Origin: a virus
Reading direction: 5' to 3' (one strand)
DNA: 64,000 bases
IMG/VR virus record: IMGVR_UViG_3300009183_000050
Span: 1-64,000 of that record
Of the stretch, positions 26,594-38,500 are shown piece by piece. The position numbers and the translations under genes are program-made. The notes under the pieces are model-generated. The model worked only from the letters and a program-made list of their open reading frames with translations, made no database searches and was not told the origin of the DNA. Positions within the stretch are counted from its first letter, which is position 1. Each line of letters opens with the position of its first letter.

Positions 26594-27811
26594 ATGTTAC
26601 CAAGAAGTTCAGCGAGTAGTTCACAGGTATATGGTATCGTTGTTGGTGGTCATGATAATGATCCTGCTGGTGATGAATCAGGCAATCTTCGTGTTTATTT
26701 TCCCGGAATACATGGTAGAGATGTTAATGTTCAGCACTTGAATTTCAGCCCACGATTGATGAGCCCAACTAAGTCAACTCAGCAAGAATTTCCAGGTGGT
26801 CTAGACCCCGGTACTCTAGTTGTGGCTATGAAAGACACTGGTTCCAACTATTGCCAGATCATCGGTGTGGCTAATGATACCAACCTCAGCGAGAATCAGA
26901 TTGCTGGTAATACAGACTTATTACAGTTTGTTCGTATGTTTCTCAGCACCAATATTAATGTTCGCATACCTCCGACCATTCAAGAAACTATGGTGGGTGG
27001 TGTTAGAGTTCGTAAGGCTGTAGAAAAAGGTCAGTTGCATAATCATAATCTATTGCAGGGTTTGCCAACTCACGGTGCATTATATCCAATGTCTGGCTCG
27101 GTGCTACCTCGTGTGTCTGGTGTTAATACCGCACAGACTGGTTTTGATAGCCTCATGTCAGGCGATATTCTTGGTGCAATTCCAGGTGTATTCATGACAC
27201 TAGGTAAGATGTTCAGCATCTTACAGTCAACAGGTGCATTGAGAAACCTGAAGGTATCGAGAGAAGTTGGTCTAGCATTAGGTAGTATTAGCCTGCTTAT
27301 TCAGCAAGTTGAGACGATGGAGAAGGCTGGCTTCAATGTTGGTGGTCGTGTGCATCAAGATACATATCTTAGCAATGCCACGCAGTTACTATCACAAGCT
27401 CAAACCGTATCGGATATCACACGTTCACTAAGCAGACTACAGAATGATAGAACATTATTTGGCCACAGTAATCTAAAAAATGGTATCAAATCTCAGAATA
27501 CTCATTATGGAAGCAGTAAAGTGTCGATATCACCTACTGGTTCTATTATGCGCTACTTACCACCTCAGACTAGACAGGCTATCAGTGCTGGTTTCCAAGT
27601 TCTATCATTGATTAATAGTGTATATCCAGGTCAGAAGATATTTGGTGATTCGGCCGCTAAGATATACAGGATGATCAACAGGCTTACACCATTATCTCTA
27701 GCCTTTCTGTTATTCAATCTAGCAAGGCAGAATGTTGGACCTCAGGCTATCCGACACGGAACTATTAATACTATCACCAATACGGGTGGAAACCCGTTTC
27801 TAATACCATAA
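26594..27811 (+). CDS. gp5 N-terminal (OB-fold)-like baseplate protein
   Basis: GIVV...DP...G.LRVYFPGIH resembles the gp5 OB fold. Confidence 0.6.
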   Translation: MLPRSSASSSQVYGIVVGGHDNDPAGDESGNLRVYFPGIHGRDVNVQHLNFSPRLMSPTKSTQQEFPGGLDPGTLVVAMKDTGSNYCQIIGVANDTNLSENQIAGNTDLLQFVRMFLSTNINVRIPPTIQETMVGGVRVRKAVEKGQLHNHNLLQGLPTHGALYPMSGSVLPRVSGVNTAQTGFDSLMSGDILGAIPGVFMTLGKMFSILQSTGALRNLKVSREVGLALGSISLLIQQVETMEKAGFNVGGRVHQDTYLSNATQLLSQAQTVSDITRSLSRLQNDRTLFGHSNLKNGIKSQNTHYGSSKVSISPTGSIMRYLPPQTRQAISAGFQVLSLINSVYPGQKIFGDSAAKIYRMINRLTPLSLAFLLFNLARQNVGPQAIRHGTINTITNTGGNPFLIP

Positions 27812-27820
27812 AGGTTTATA

Positions 27821-29023
27821 ATGGCTACTGAGAGTGAAATTGCACAGGTAAAAGAGTATTACGGCAATCAGGCTGAAGCTGGTACCTATCAGCTTGATGG
27901 TAAAAACATTGAATATGGTGGGCCATCCGCTCAACCAACCGCAGATAGCACCGCTGAAGATATAGATAAGAAAACCACACCAGATTCATGGGATGGCCCT
28001 GAAGATGCTCGTTCGATGGAAGGTGCTGGTCAATACCCTAATTATTATTCACATAAGACCCGTTCTGGTCATCTCTTTATGATGGATGATAGTAATGGTG
28101 CAGAGCATGTCACAGTGCAACACCGCACCGGTTCTATGATACAATTTGGTCCTGACGGTAAAGTTAATATCACCTCACATAATGGTCAGTATAATATTGT
28201 TTTTGGTGAGAATCGTATGCTAGTCACAGGCGCACATGATATTACCGTTAATGGTGATGCCTCACTCAGAGTTGATGGTGATTATAATGTGGCTGTTCAA
28301 GGTGATGTTAATTTCTCAGCGCAAGGTGATATAAACTTCACCTCTAAGAATGTCAATACAGTCGCTCGTGGTAATATCGATATCTCAGCTATCAACAGAA
28401 GCGAGAAAGTATCAGGTTCTATTACACAGCAGGCTCAGGGTGCTATGAGTATTCTAGCCGAGACTGGTATGACTATTGGTGCAACCACTGGTGGTGTCGC
28501 CATAATGGCAGGGACGATGATTGGTATGGTTGCTAAGGCTGGTGCCATCATGATGAAAGCACTGGCCTCTATTAGTATGAAAACCGAAGGTTACTTCTCT
28601 AGTGAAGCTAAAGGTGCAACCTCTATTGAATCTATAGGTGCCGTTATTATCAATTCTGGTGCTGAAACTTCTATTGGCGCACTAGGTGCAGTAGCGATTG
28701 AAGCAGTCGGTGTAGTGTCCGTTTCATGTGAAGGTGCTATTGGTATCGAGGCATCAGGTGCTGTAGATATTCTGGCTGGTGGTATAGCTTCTTTCGGAGC
28801 CGAAGGTGTGGTCAATATCGATTCGGGTGCGGCCTTAAATCTATGGGGAACTCCAATATTACAGAATGTGGCTCCCGCCACAATAGGACCTATCTATATA
28901 CCAGCTTTACCTTCTATACCAGCATTAGACCCACTGGTAGCTTTCGTTCACTTGCCTGCACCACCTGCTATCCCGGATCCAGAAACAGTCTTATCGGCCG
29001 CTGGTAAGTTCGGTCGAAACTAA
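27821..29023 (+). CDS. gp5 C-terminal spike (beta-helix) protein
   Basis: YPN...TRSGH...DDSNGAEH...HRTGS; V.GD repeats. Confidence 0.8.
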   Translation: MATESEIAQVKEYYGNQAEAGTYQLDGKNIEYGGPSAQPTADSTAEDIDKKTTPDSWDGPEDARSMEGAGQYPNYYSHKTRSGHLFMMDDSNGAEHVTVQHRTGSMIQFGPDGKVNITSHNGQYNIVFGENRMLVTGAHDITVNGDASLRVDGDYNVAVQGDVNFSAQGDINFTSKNVNTVARGNIDISAINRSEKVSGSITQQAQGAMSILAETGMTIGATTGGVAIMAGTMIGMVAKAGAIMMKALASISMKTEGYFSSEAKGATSIESIGAVIINSGAETSIGALGAVAIEAVGVVSVSCEGAIGIEASGAVDILAGGIASFGAEGVVNIDSGAALNLWGTPILQNVAPATIGPIYIPALPSIPALDPLVAFVHLPAPPAIPDPETVLSAAGKFGRN

Positions 29024-29050
29024 CCTCTAACAGGTAATCTAAATAATCAT

Positions 29051-29449
29051 ATGGCAATCACAGCAAGAAAATACAATTACTCTGATCTGGATCTAGACTT
29101 CATCGCACACCCTGCCACAGGTGATGTGGTTCGTAAGTTTGGTCAAGATGCTATCAAGCGTTCACTTCGTAATCTTGTTCTTACAAACTTCTATGAGAAA
29201 CCATTTAGACCTGGTATTGGTTCAAATGTAACCAAGCTATTGTTCGAGAATGCTACACCGATTGTATCTAATCTTATTTCCGATGCTATCAGAAACATAG
29301 CTATGAACTATGAACCTCGTATCGATATTCAGCAGGTATCAGTGAAGTTTAGTGATGCCGAAAATGGCTATAATGTCTCAATCGTTTTCGTCATACTTAA
29401 TAGAAATGAACCAGTAAATATAAACCTTTTCTTAGAGAGAATCCGTTGA
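29051..29449 (+). CDS. gp25: baseplate wedge gp25
   Basis: YSDLDLDF, AIKRSLRNLVLTNFYEKPF.P.IGS, YEPRI. Confidence 0.95.
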   Translation: MAITARKYNYSDLDLDFIAHPATGDVVRKFGQDAIKRSLRNLVLTNFYEKPFRPGIGSNVTKLLFENATPIVSNLISDAIRNIAMNYEPRIDIQQVSVKFSDAENGYNVSIVFVILNRNEPVNINLFLERIR

Positions 29450-29450
29450 T

Positions 29451-31529
29451 ATGACTACAGCAAACACAGCACTCAGAGTCACAGAACTGGACTTTGATTC
29501 AATCAAGAACAACCTCAAGACCTATCTAAGAAGCCAGACAGAGTTTCAGGACTTTGACTTTGAAGGTTCTGGTATGGGCGTATTGCTGGATATCCTAGCC
29601 TATAATACACATTATATGGGCTACTATCTCAATATGACAGCCAATGAAATGTTTCTTGATACCGCACAGCTTCGTGGTTCGGTTCTCTCTCATGCTAAGA
29701 TGATCAATTATATTCCTACAAGTCGCCGTGGTGCGAAGGCTGTGGTCAATATTCAGGTCACACCTTCAATCACAGAAGATAGATTAACCAATACAATTAC
29801 CATACCAAAATATAAGAAGTTTATCGGCAGTGATATCGACGGTCAGAACTATGGTTTCGTTACACTATCAGCAAACGTTGCATCAAAAAGTTCAAACACA
29901 TTCATCTTCAGCAATGTAGCCATCTATCAGGGTGATGTTGTTACACGACAGTTCATCATGGATCCAGGCAATACAAAAAGATCATTCCCCTTACCATCTG
30001 CTAACATTGATACTAGCACACTTACTGTAACAGTTCAAGAGTCAACATCAAATACATTCACATCAGAGTATTTCATTGTAAATGATATCACTAGCATCAC
30101 ATCAAATGCTGAAGTATACTTCATCGAAGAAAATCAAGATTTAAACTATACCATATATTTTGGTGATGACGTTATCGGTAAGAAACCTAAGAATGGTAGC
30201 GTCATCACCGCTACATATCTAGATACAATCGGCGAGAGAAGCAATAACATCTCTAAGTTTGTGGCCAGCGGCGGTATTGCACAATATACTGATAATGTTT
30301 CTATCACCTCTATTCAGTCATCATTTGGTGGTAGAGAGAAAGAGACAATCGAGCAGGTTAAATTCCGCGCACCATATTACTTTGCAACACAGAATCGTGC
30401 GGTTACCGCTGATGACTATGCGGCTATTCTCACCAAAGACTATCAGAATATTGATTCGGTATCTGTATGGGGCGGTGAGCAGAATGATCCACCTGTATAT
30501 GGTAAGGTCTATATCTCACTCAAGATGAAGAATAACTTCTATCTAACTAATATCGAAAAAGAAACCATCAAGCAAGAGTTGATCAATACCAGAAACGTCT
30601 TGACAGTTACACCCGAGATTGTCGATCCAGATTATACATTCATTCTTGTCAATGGTAATGTTTATTATAATCCAGCACTGACAACGGCCAGTGTCGATAC
30701 TATCCGCCAGTTTGTTGTTGCATCGGTTGTCGATTATGAAGCGGCTGAATTGAACCGTTTTAACTCTACATTTAGAAAGTCGAAACTACAGAACTATGTG
30801 GAGGCGGCTGAGAAATCTATTACAGGTTCAGAAATCAGAGTGTATCTACAAAAGAGAATAGTTATTGATCCTACCATTACAACAAACTATTATATCCAGA
30901 CAAAGGTACCTATTAAGAGGGGTGATCTTGTCATATCTCGTATCTCGTCATTCCCACAGGTTAATGTGTATGATGCCAGTAGTGTTCTTCGCCCAGTATT
31001 CTTCGAAGAAGTTCCGGAAGTTCTAACAGGTTTAGATTCGATTACTGTTAAAACAACTGGTCAAAGTTATAGATCAGTACCAACTGTTACCATTATTGGT
31101 GATGGGTCAGATGCTACGGCAGTGGCTAAGGTGGTTGGTGGTCGTGTTACAGGTATTGTTATCACAAACCCTGGAACAAACTATACCAGAGCCGCCATAA
31201 GTATTACTGGTGGTAATGGTTCTGGTGCATCAGCCACATCTATTCTACAATCAAAAACAGGTAGACTTAGAACATATTATAATAAGAATACTGGTGAAAA
31301 GATCATTGTAAATGGAAATGCTGGTTTGATCAACTATGACACAGGTCTTATTCAGCTTACTGCACTAAACACAACTGGTACAGTCACTAACGATCTATAT
31401 GATACTAATGTATTAACATTCAATATTCCTATTGATAGAGAAGTTATTTCACCGTTGAGAAATCGTATTCTGTCAATCGACCAGAATAATCCATTCAGCG
31501 TTCAATTACAAGTCGTACCTGAAGCATAA
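29451..31529 (+). CDS. gp6: baseplate wedge gp6
   Basis: LDFDSIKNNLK..FQDFDFEGS, QNRAVTADDY, WGGE..PPVYGKV. Confidence 0.95.
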   Translation: MTTANTALRVTELDFDSIKNNLKTYLRSQTEFQDFDFEGSGMGVLLDILAYNTHYMGYYLNMTANEMFLDTAQLRGSVLSHAKMINYIPTSRRGAKAVVNIQVTPSITEDRLTNTITIPKYKKFIGSDIDGQNYGFVTLSANVASKSSNTFIFSNVAIYQGDVVTRQFIMDPGNTKRSFPLPSANIDTSTLTVTVQESTSNTFTSEYFIVNDITSITSNAEVYFIEENQDLNYTIYFGDDVIGKKPKNGSVITATYLDTIGERSNNISKFVASGGIAQYTDNVSITSIQSSFGGREKETIEQVKFRAPYYFATQNRAVTADDYAAILTKDYQNIDSVSVWGGEQNDPPVYGKVYISLKMKNNFYLTNIEKETIKQELINTRNVLTVTPEIVDPDYTFILVNGNVYYNPALTTASVDTIRQFVVASVVDYEAAELNRFNSTFRKSKLQNYVEAAEKSITGSEIRVYLQKRIVIDPTITTNYYIQTKVPIKRGDLVISRISSFPQVNVYDASSVLRPVFFEEVPEVLTGLDSITVKTTGQSYRSVPTVTIIGDGSDATAVAKVVGGRVTGIVITNPGTNYTRAAISITGGNGSGASATSILQSKTGRLRTYYNKNTGEKIIVNGNAGLINYDTGLIQLTALNTTGTVTNDLYDTNVLTFNIPIDREVISPLRNRILSIDQNNPFSVQLQVVPEA

Positions 31530-31532
31530 AAA

Positions 31533-34136
31533 ATGACAGCAGCCAATACACGCATATCAAATCTCATTAGTAGTCAGGTACCGTTTTATGTTAGAAACGA
31601 TCACCCGAACTTTATCCGTTTCTTAGAGTCATACTATGAATATCTAGAACAAGAGAACAAAGACCTTGATACACTCAAGAGTATGCGTGAATACTCGGAT
31701 ATTGATACAACACGAGATGATTTTCTAAACAAATTCTATAATAACTTTATGAAATTGTTTCCTGATGGTACAGTTGTCGATAAGACTCTTGTCCTGAAAC
31801 ATATCAAAGAGTTCTATCAGTCTAGAGGTTCAGCTAAGTCCGTTAAGTTCTTACTTCGTATTCTCTATAACCAAGAGATTGAAGATATCTATCTACCAAA
31901 GCAAGATATTCTTAGAGCCTCTGATGGTAAATGGCATATCGAGAAAGTATTGCTGTTAGGTGATGTTCAGGTCAATAACATATCTAATTCGATGGCCTCA
32001 ACGATTAATTACTTCGTGGCCAACCGAGTTGTAGGTCAAACATCAAACGCATTTGCTATTGTTGAAAAAGCATCATCATACTATAACCGTGACTTTCTAA
32101 TCAATGAACTTTCTATCTCAAACAAATATAGAAACTTCGATGGCGGTGAGAAAATCTATTGCTTCTTTGAAGAGAATGGCCAACAGAAATTTCTCTCAGC
32201 TAACCTATTCTCTGGATTTATCGACACTGTTAGTGTAATCTATGGTGGCACCGGCTATTCGGTTGGTGATAATGTTGTCATCGAAAGCAATACAGGCTCA
32301 GGTGGTCTTATCGTTGTCGATACAGTAATGACAGGTAACGTTAAGACGATATATCCTGATGTTAATCCTGAATTGCGTGGTGCAGGCTTTCAAGTCAATC
32401 AACAGATATTGTTTACTGGCGGTAGCGGTGGCTTCGGTGCTAATGCTCGTATCTCAGCCGTATTAGCGGATTCATCTGTTCATCCTAATTCATATGTTAT
32501 GATCGCATCTGTTATCTCAGATGAGGTCAATACACGCATCGGAAATACTATTATCTCATATGAAACTTTTGCATATCAAAACCTAGCTACTCAATATATT
32601 CGATCATCAAATCTAACGATTGGCACAGGCACAGGCAATTCTGTTAACGTAATCAATCTCAGCGCACAGAAAGCTAACTCAAATACATTCTTTGAAACAT
32701 ATGATAGTTTGAATGTCAATGGTGTTATTGTGTTGGTTACATCATCCAATACAATCGCCAATACGATTACAGTAAGACCTGGTCTCACCGGTAATTTAAT
32801 AGCCAATTCTTTCATTGTTATTAAGAAAGCTAATGATTACACCACTATCGCTAATGCGGTTGTGAGTTATGTCTATGCTAATACTGGCCCTATGGATCAA
32901 TTACAGCTAGTAGCACATGGCGATTATTATCTGACCACTCCAGTAACTTCAGTTGTAGCCAATACACGAATTAGATCACTTGGTGTATTAGGTAGAATGA
33001 AGATTCATAATGGTGGTACCGGATATGCGGTTGGTGATACGATTACCTTCACTAATGTTCCATTTGGTTATGGAACTGGGGCGGCCGCCAATGTTACGAG
33101 TGTGGCTGCAAACGGTATGATTCGACAGGTTAGATTTAAACCTGTCACAGGTCAGATCACCGGTGGTTCTGGTTATGAGATGAACTTCTTACCTCTGGCT
33201 AGTGTAACATCCGCTAATGGTAATGGCGCCAACATTATGGTGACAACACTACTAGGTCAAGGTGAATCTATATCAACCATCATGAATAAAGCTGGCACAT
33301 TGATGACACTAGCTGTTGTGGCATCCGGATCTGGATATGATACAATACCGACTTTGAATCTATCTAATAGCGGTGACGGTACCGCTCAGGCGGCCGCCAC
33401 AATAATCAAGGGTGAATATAATTACCCCGGTCGTTACCTCAATGATGATGGCCATATATCTGGTTATAACTTCATTGAGGATAGAGATTATTATCAGTCC
33501 TTCTCATATGTTGTTAAGTCTCGCCAGTCCGTAGATTCATATCGTCAAGCACTTAATCAGCTTGTTCATCCATCAGGTATGAAGCTATTTGCCGAATATC
33601 TATATGATAATACTGGAGACAATAATAACGTCTCTATCCAGTCGTCCAATGGTATATACAACCAGTCAACACGCAGTGGTAAATATGTGGCGACAAGTAA
33701 TGCCAATGGTATCACAATCGTGGTTAATGCCGACTCTAATACAATCAATTTGACCTCATTATCGAACGTATATATCGAGTTTGTTACAGGTGATATGGTT
33801 AACTTGAGCAATGCAATCTATAGAGCGAATGTCATTAATACCACCTCATTCAGCGTCTATAGGGCGAATGTTCGAACAGGTACCGTAAGAGCTAACTCAG
33901 GTAATGGTAACACATTCTCACTAATGGGTACCGGAACAAACTTCAAGTCTGATCTAGCTGTTGGTGATGTGATCAAGATTGGTGGTTGGTCTAATACATT
34001 CTATGTTGGTGTTTTATCGAACGCCAGCAATCTGTATGTTACAGATACATTACCTCCATACATCACAGGTAATACATATGGTAGAGTTTACACTCCTTCG
34101 AACAGTAGCGGTACAATCTACTTTACCAGCATATAA
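31533..34136 (+). CDS. gp7: baseplate wedge gp7-like
   Basis: HIKEFYQSRGS, ILRASDGKW, DYYQSFSYV, LVHPSG. Confidence 0.85.
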   Translation: MTAANTRISNLISSQVPFYVRNDHPNFIRFLESYYEYLEQENKDLDTLKSMREYSDIDTTRDDFLNKFYNNFMKLFPDGTVVDKTLVLKHIKEFYQSRGSAKSVKFLLRILYNQEIEDIYLPKQDILRASDGKWHIEKVLLLGDVQVNNISNSMASTINYFVANRVVGQTSNAFAIVEKASSYYNRDFLINELSISNKYRNFDGGEKIYCFFEENGQQKFLSANLFSGFIDTVSVIYGGTGYSVGDNVVIESNTGSGGLIVVDTVMTGNVKTIYPDVNPELRGAGFQVNQQILFTGGSGGFGANARISAVLADSSVHPNSYVMIASVISDEVNTRIGNTIISYETFAYQNLATQYIRSSNLTIGTGTGNSVNVINLSAQKANSNTFFETYDSLNVNGVIVLVTSSNTIANTITVRPGLTGNLIANSFIVIKKANDYTTIANAVVSYVYANTGPMDQLQLVAHGDYYLTTPVTSVVANTRIRSLGVLGRMKIHNGGTGYAVGDTITFTNVPFGYGTGAAANVTSVAANGMIRQVRFKPVTGQITGGSGYEMNFLPLASVTSANGNGANIMVTTLLGQGESISTIMNKAGTLMTLAVVASGSGYDTIPTLNLSNSGDGTAQAAATIIKGEYNYPGRYLNDDGHISGYNFIEDRDYYQSFSYVVKSRQSVDSYRQALNQLVHPSGMKLFAEYLYDNTGDNNNVSIQSSNGIYNQSTRSGKYVATSNANGITIVVNADSNTINLTSLSNVYIEFVTGDMVNLSNAIYRANVINTTSFSVYRANVRTGTVRANSGNGNTFSLMGTGTNFKSDLAVGDVIKIGGWSNTFYVGVLSNASNLYVTDTLPPYITGNTYGRVYTPSNSSGTIYFTSI

Positions 34137-34139
34137 ATA
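34132..34139 (+). promoter_or_regulatory. late promoter TATAAATA
   Basis: Exact T4 late consensus before gp8. Confidence 0.75.
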
Positions 34140-34162
34140 TAATGGAATAATAGGATATAAAA

Positions 34163-35494
34163 ATGCCGTCCATCTTTACTGAAAATCTTCGTGTCTATAA
34201 TGCTGAACAGTTCAAACAGTCAATCTCTGATGTGGGACCGACTAATATCTATTTGACATTTGGTAGAACTAGACCTTGGGATAATGAGAGTGTTCCACCT
34301 CAGGCCAACTCATCTGTTGAAGGGTTCAATGATGTATGGAGAAACATGATCGGTGCAAAACTGGTCACAGGTAATGATGTTCGCCATGCTATTCCTAGAC
34401 GCGATTGGACCTCAGGTACAACTTATGCTATGTATGATAACGAAGAACAGGTTGGATATCTATTTTCTGATAATGTATCTTTTTTCGTTGTCACATCGGA
34501 TTGGAATGTATACAAGTGTCTGATGAATAACTATGGTAAACCATCGACGGTCATGCCAACTCAGACCATTCTGAACTCACCTGTTAAAGAATCTGATGGT
34601 TATATTTGGAAGTATATGTATACTGTTGCGGCTGAAGAAAGACTTAGATTTACAACCAGTGCATATATTCCTGTTAGAACACTGGTCAATAATAACAACT
34701 CGATGCAGTGGAGAGTCCAACAAGCCGCAAGAGAAGGCACTATTGATGTTGTAGAGGTGATCAGCGGTGGTTCTGGTTACATGAATGCTAATACGATCAT
34801 TGTCACTATTACTGGTGATGGTCTCGGCGCTCAAGCATTTGCTAGTATCAATACTATATCAAATACAGTTAATACTGTTACAATCACAAATCCAGGTACC
34901 AATTATACATATGGTTTCGTTGATATTGTTGATTCAGGAACAGGAGCTAATGCTATTGCTAAACCTCGCATTCCTCCTCCAGGTGGTCATGGTAGTGACC
35001 CTATGAGAGAATTAGGTGGTTCATATATCATTATCAATCCGAGAATCATTAGAACTGAAGATGGTCAGTTACCTGTCACGAACGAGTTCAGACAGATTTC
35101 TATCTTGCAAGACCCTCATGAAAGAGTTGCAGATAACGTAGCTAATTCTCTAGTCTATACACAGACAACTAGAATGATCCTAAGTACCGGTTCAGTGGAC
35201 TATTACCATGATGAAACGGTCTATCAAGGTTCATCTCTAGCTGAAGCATTATTTACAGGTATCGTATGTGCATGGGATGCTCCAAATAATTTCATTCAAT
35301 TAACAAATACAACAGGAACTCCGGCAGCGGACGTTCTTGTTGGTGCTAATAGTGCGGCAGCCCGATTCGTCGAATCTATTACAGATAAAGAACTAAAAGA
35401 CTACTCAGGTCATCTACTATATACCGATAATATCAGTCCTATCACTCGTGCAAACGATCAGACCGAGGACTTTAAGATCGTATTGAAATTCTAA
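34163..35494 (+). CDS. gp8: baseplate wedge gp8
   Basis: VYKCL.N, DGYIWKYMY, PPGGHGSDP.RELG, QTEDFKIVLKF. Confidence 0.92.
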   Translation: MPSIFTENLRVYNAEQFKQSISDVGPTNIYLTFGRTRPWDNESVPPQANSSVEGFNDVWRNMIGAKLVTGNDVRHAIPRRDWTSGTTYAMYDNEEQVGYLFSDNVSFFVVTSDWNVYKCLMNNYGKPSTVMPTQTILNSPVKESDGYIWKYMYTVAAEERLRFTTSAYIPVRTLVNNNNSMQWRVQQAAREGTIDVVEVISGGSGYMNANTIIVTITGDGLGAQAFASINTISNTVNTVTITNPGTNYTYGFVDIVDSGTGANAIAKPRIPPPGGHGSDPMRELGGSYIIINPRIIRTEDGQLPVTNEFRQISILQDPHERVADNVANSLVYTQTTRMILSTGSVDYYHDETVYQGSSLAEALFTGIVCAWDAPNNFIQLTNTTGTPAADVLVGANSAAARFVESITDKELKDYSGHLLYTDNISPITRANDQTEDFKIVLKF

Positions 35495-35511
35495 AAAGGA
35501 ACGATAAGAAA

Positions 35512-38500
35512 ATGGTTGATCCAGTATTAACAGCCGCACAGAACGCCTCTGGGAACACTACGAATCTAGGAAACACGGGGTTAACGACTAACTTTAACGT
35601 CACACCCTATTATGATGATTATGATCCCAATGATCAGTATTATAGAATCTTGTATAAACCAGGATTTGCAGTGCAGGCTCGTGAACTCACTCAGATGCAA
35701 TCAATGTTGCAGAGCCAAATCTATAGAATGGGTCGGCATGTATTCAAAGATGGTACTATTGTTCTTCCAGGTGGTTTTCGCGTTCGCACCAATGCTGGTG
35801 AGAAAAAAGGTGAACCCATCGACTATGTTAAGATTAAGACAACGAATGCTTCAAACGTTTCTGTGAATGTTAATGATCTTGTTGGTTCAACGCTTACTGG
35901 TGCAACCAGCAATATTAAAGCCTATGTTATTGATGTGGCCGATAGCGATGGTACAACACAAAATACAAAGACAGTCTACGTCAGCTATATGAGTGCGTCA
36001 TCCGTTGATTCAAATGTTCGCACATTTCTTGCTGGAGAAACTCTAACAAGTGCAAATAATGGTGGTGCTATTGTTCTCGATAGTGATCCTGTAGCCAACA
36101 CAGGATATGCTGGTTGGTTCCAGATTCAAGAAGGTGTTTACTTTGCTAAAGAACATTTCATCTATTTCCCAACTCAGTCGGTGGTTCTTGACCGCTACAA
36201 TCCTAATCCAACCTGTAAGGTTGGCTTCATTGTATCAGAAGAAATTGTCAACTATAACCAAGATTCAAATCTTCTTGACCCCGCTCTTGAAGCATCTAAC
36301 TATTCTGCCCCAGGTGCTGACCGATTTAAACTTGCATCAACACTTAGCGTTCTAAGTATTGATGATGCAGCCGGTCTACCAGATTTCGTGACATTGTTTA
36401 CCATTAAAGATGGTATTATGCAAATATCTCGTGAAAAGACTGATTATAACATACTTGGTGATGCTATTGCTGAAAGAACCTATAATGAGTCAGGCGATTA
36501 TGTTGTTCGCGGACTTAACGTTCAGGTTCAAGAGCATGATCGTGTAGAATCTCCTGTCAATAACCAAGGGAGATATGCTAACGGTAACAATCAACTTCTT
36601 ATTGTTAACGTAGATCCGGGTATTGGCTATGTTAAAGGTTATCAGATCAGCAACCAAGACATTGTTTCTATCGAAGTTGAAAAACCTACAGAATATAACA
36701 ATGTCGCATCTCAGATCACATCAACTTCGATGGGTCAATATCTAAGAGTTAATGAAGCTGTCGGTTCATGGCAACTCGATCAAGGTGCTAGAGTTAACTT
36801 TTATGATGTGGTTCAGAAAAGAATCACTAATAATGATGTGACAACAGGTCAAAAATGGTCAGTTGGTGCCCAGACTGGTAACCTTATCGGTTCCGCTGTC
36901 GTTAACTCTGTCCAGTATACGGGTTCAGGCACCCTTGGCTATGACGCTCAATATGATATCTTCTTATCAGATATCAAGATGATCGGCGCTAATAGCACAG
37001 CAAACATTCGAAGCCTGTATTATGATAACACTCCACACTCAGATGTTGGTGCTGACGTTGTTGGTGCAAGTAATTCAACATCAAATACTACGCTCAGAGG
37101 TCTTGATCAAGCAGCATTACTTTATTATGTAGGATCAAACTCTGTAAAAACTGCTAGAGATATTAATGGTAATCCTACTACAATCTATAACTTCAATAGA
37201 ACTGACGGTATTGCGGCGGCTCTGACATTCAGCACAAGCGGTACAACAACTATCACTCTTTCGGGCAACACAACTTCCCAGATTCCATATGGAACTGTAG
37301 CGTCATTGTCACAGGCCGATAAGACACAAGATTTCTTAGTGACACTGAATCAGACCTTTAATATTGGACCTCTCTGGTCAGCAACTATAACATCAAACGG
37401 TACAAGATATCTAACTAGTGCTAATGCTAACTTCACTAGAATGAATGTCGGTGATAAGATCGAACTTGCAGGAAACCCAAATACATGGTATATCTCAGCT
37501 ATCTCTGATGATAATCATATCATGGTATCAAACACAGTTCCTTCATATGCTTCAGGCAATCTTGCTTTCAAAGCCTACAAGACCGGCGACATTATCAATA
37601 TGTCAGGTAAAGGTGTGCTTGTTGGTACTGAAAGAAATATTGCCGCAACACCGACTAGCCTCGCATTTGATCTGAAAGAAACTTTCCCATCAACTGTAGC
37701 GGCCACAATCACATATCAGATTGCATCAAAACAGTCTACAGAAGTTGCTAAAATCTTGAAACCAAACCGCTTCGTCAAGATTAACTGCTCAACGGCAGGT
37801 ACATCTGGACCATTCTCTCTTGGTTTTGCTGATGTGTATCGGATTCGTAATGTTATTAAGAAAACTGGTTCAGCACCGAGTTCACTATCTGATGGTACAA
37901 ACGTAACTAGATACTTCACTCTCGACAATGGTCAGAAAGATACTTTCTATGATATTGCCAAGCTGAAGAAATTTAATGGCTACACTCTCGGCGCCACAGA
38001 CTTCTTGCTAATCGAACTCGATTACTTCGAACCAAGTTTCTCAGGTCGTGCAGGTTTCTTCACTGTAGATTCATATCCAATTCAGGATAATGATGCTAAT
38101 AGTTCAAATTCAACTATCAGAACCGAAAATATTCCACTATACATCTCACCAACTACTGGTCAGAAGTATGACTTGCGTAATAACATCGACTTCAGACCTA
38201 TTAAGGCTGCAACTGCTACCGATACAACTGTTGTCGCTTCTGCTACAATCAATCCATCATCTAACTCATCTACATATAGCTTCGGCGCAAGTGGTCTAAA
38301 ATTCCCTGTGCCTTCAACCGAAGTTATCTATGATTACTCATACTATCTCGGTAGAAAAGATGTTGTTATAGGCACAAAAAATAATAGATTTGCTGTTGTT
38401 AAAGGTGCATCATCAGCGACTCCATTGATTCCAGAAACATCCGATAACAATATGATTCTTGCGGTTATCAATGTTCCTCCATATCCAACTGTATCACCAA

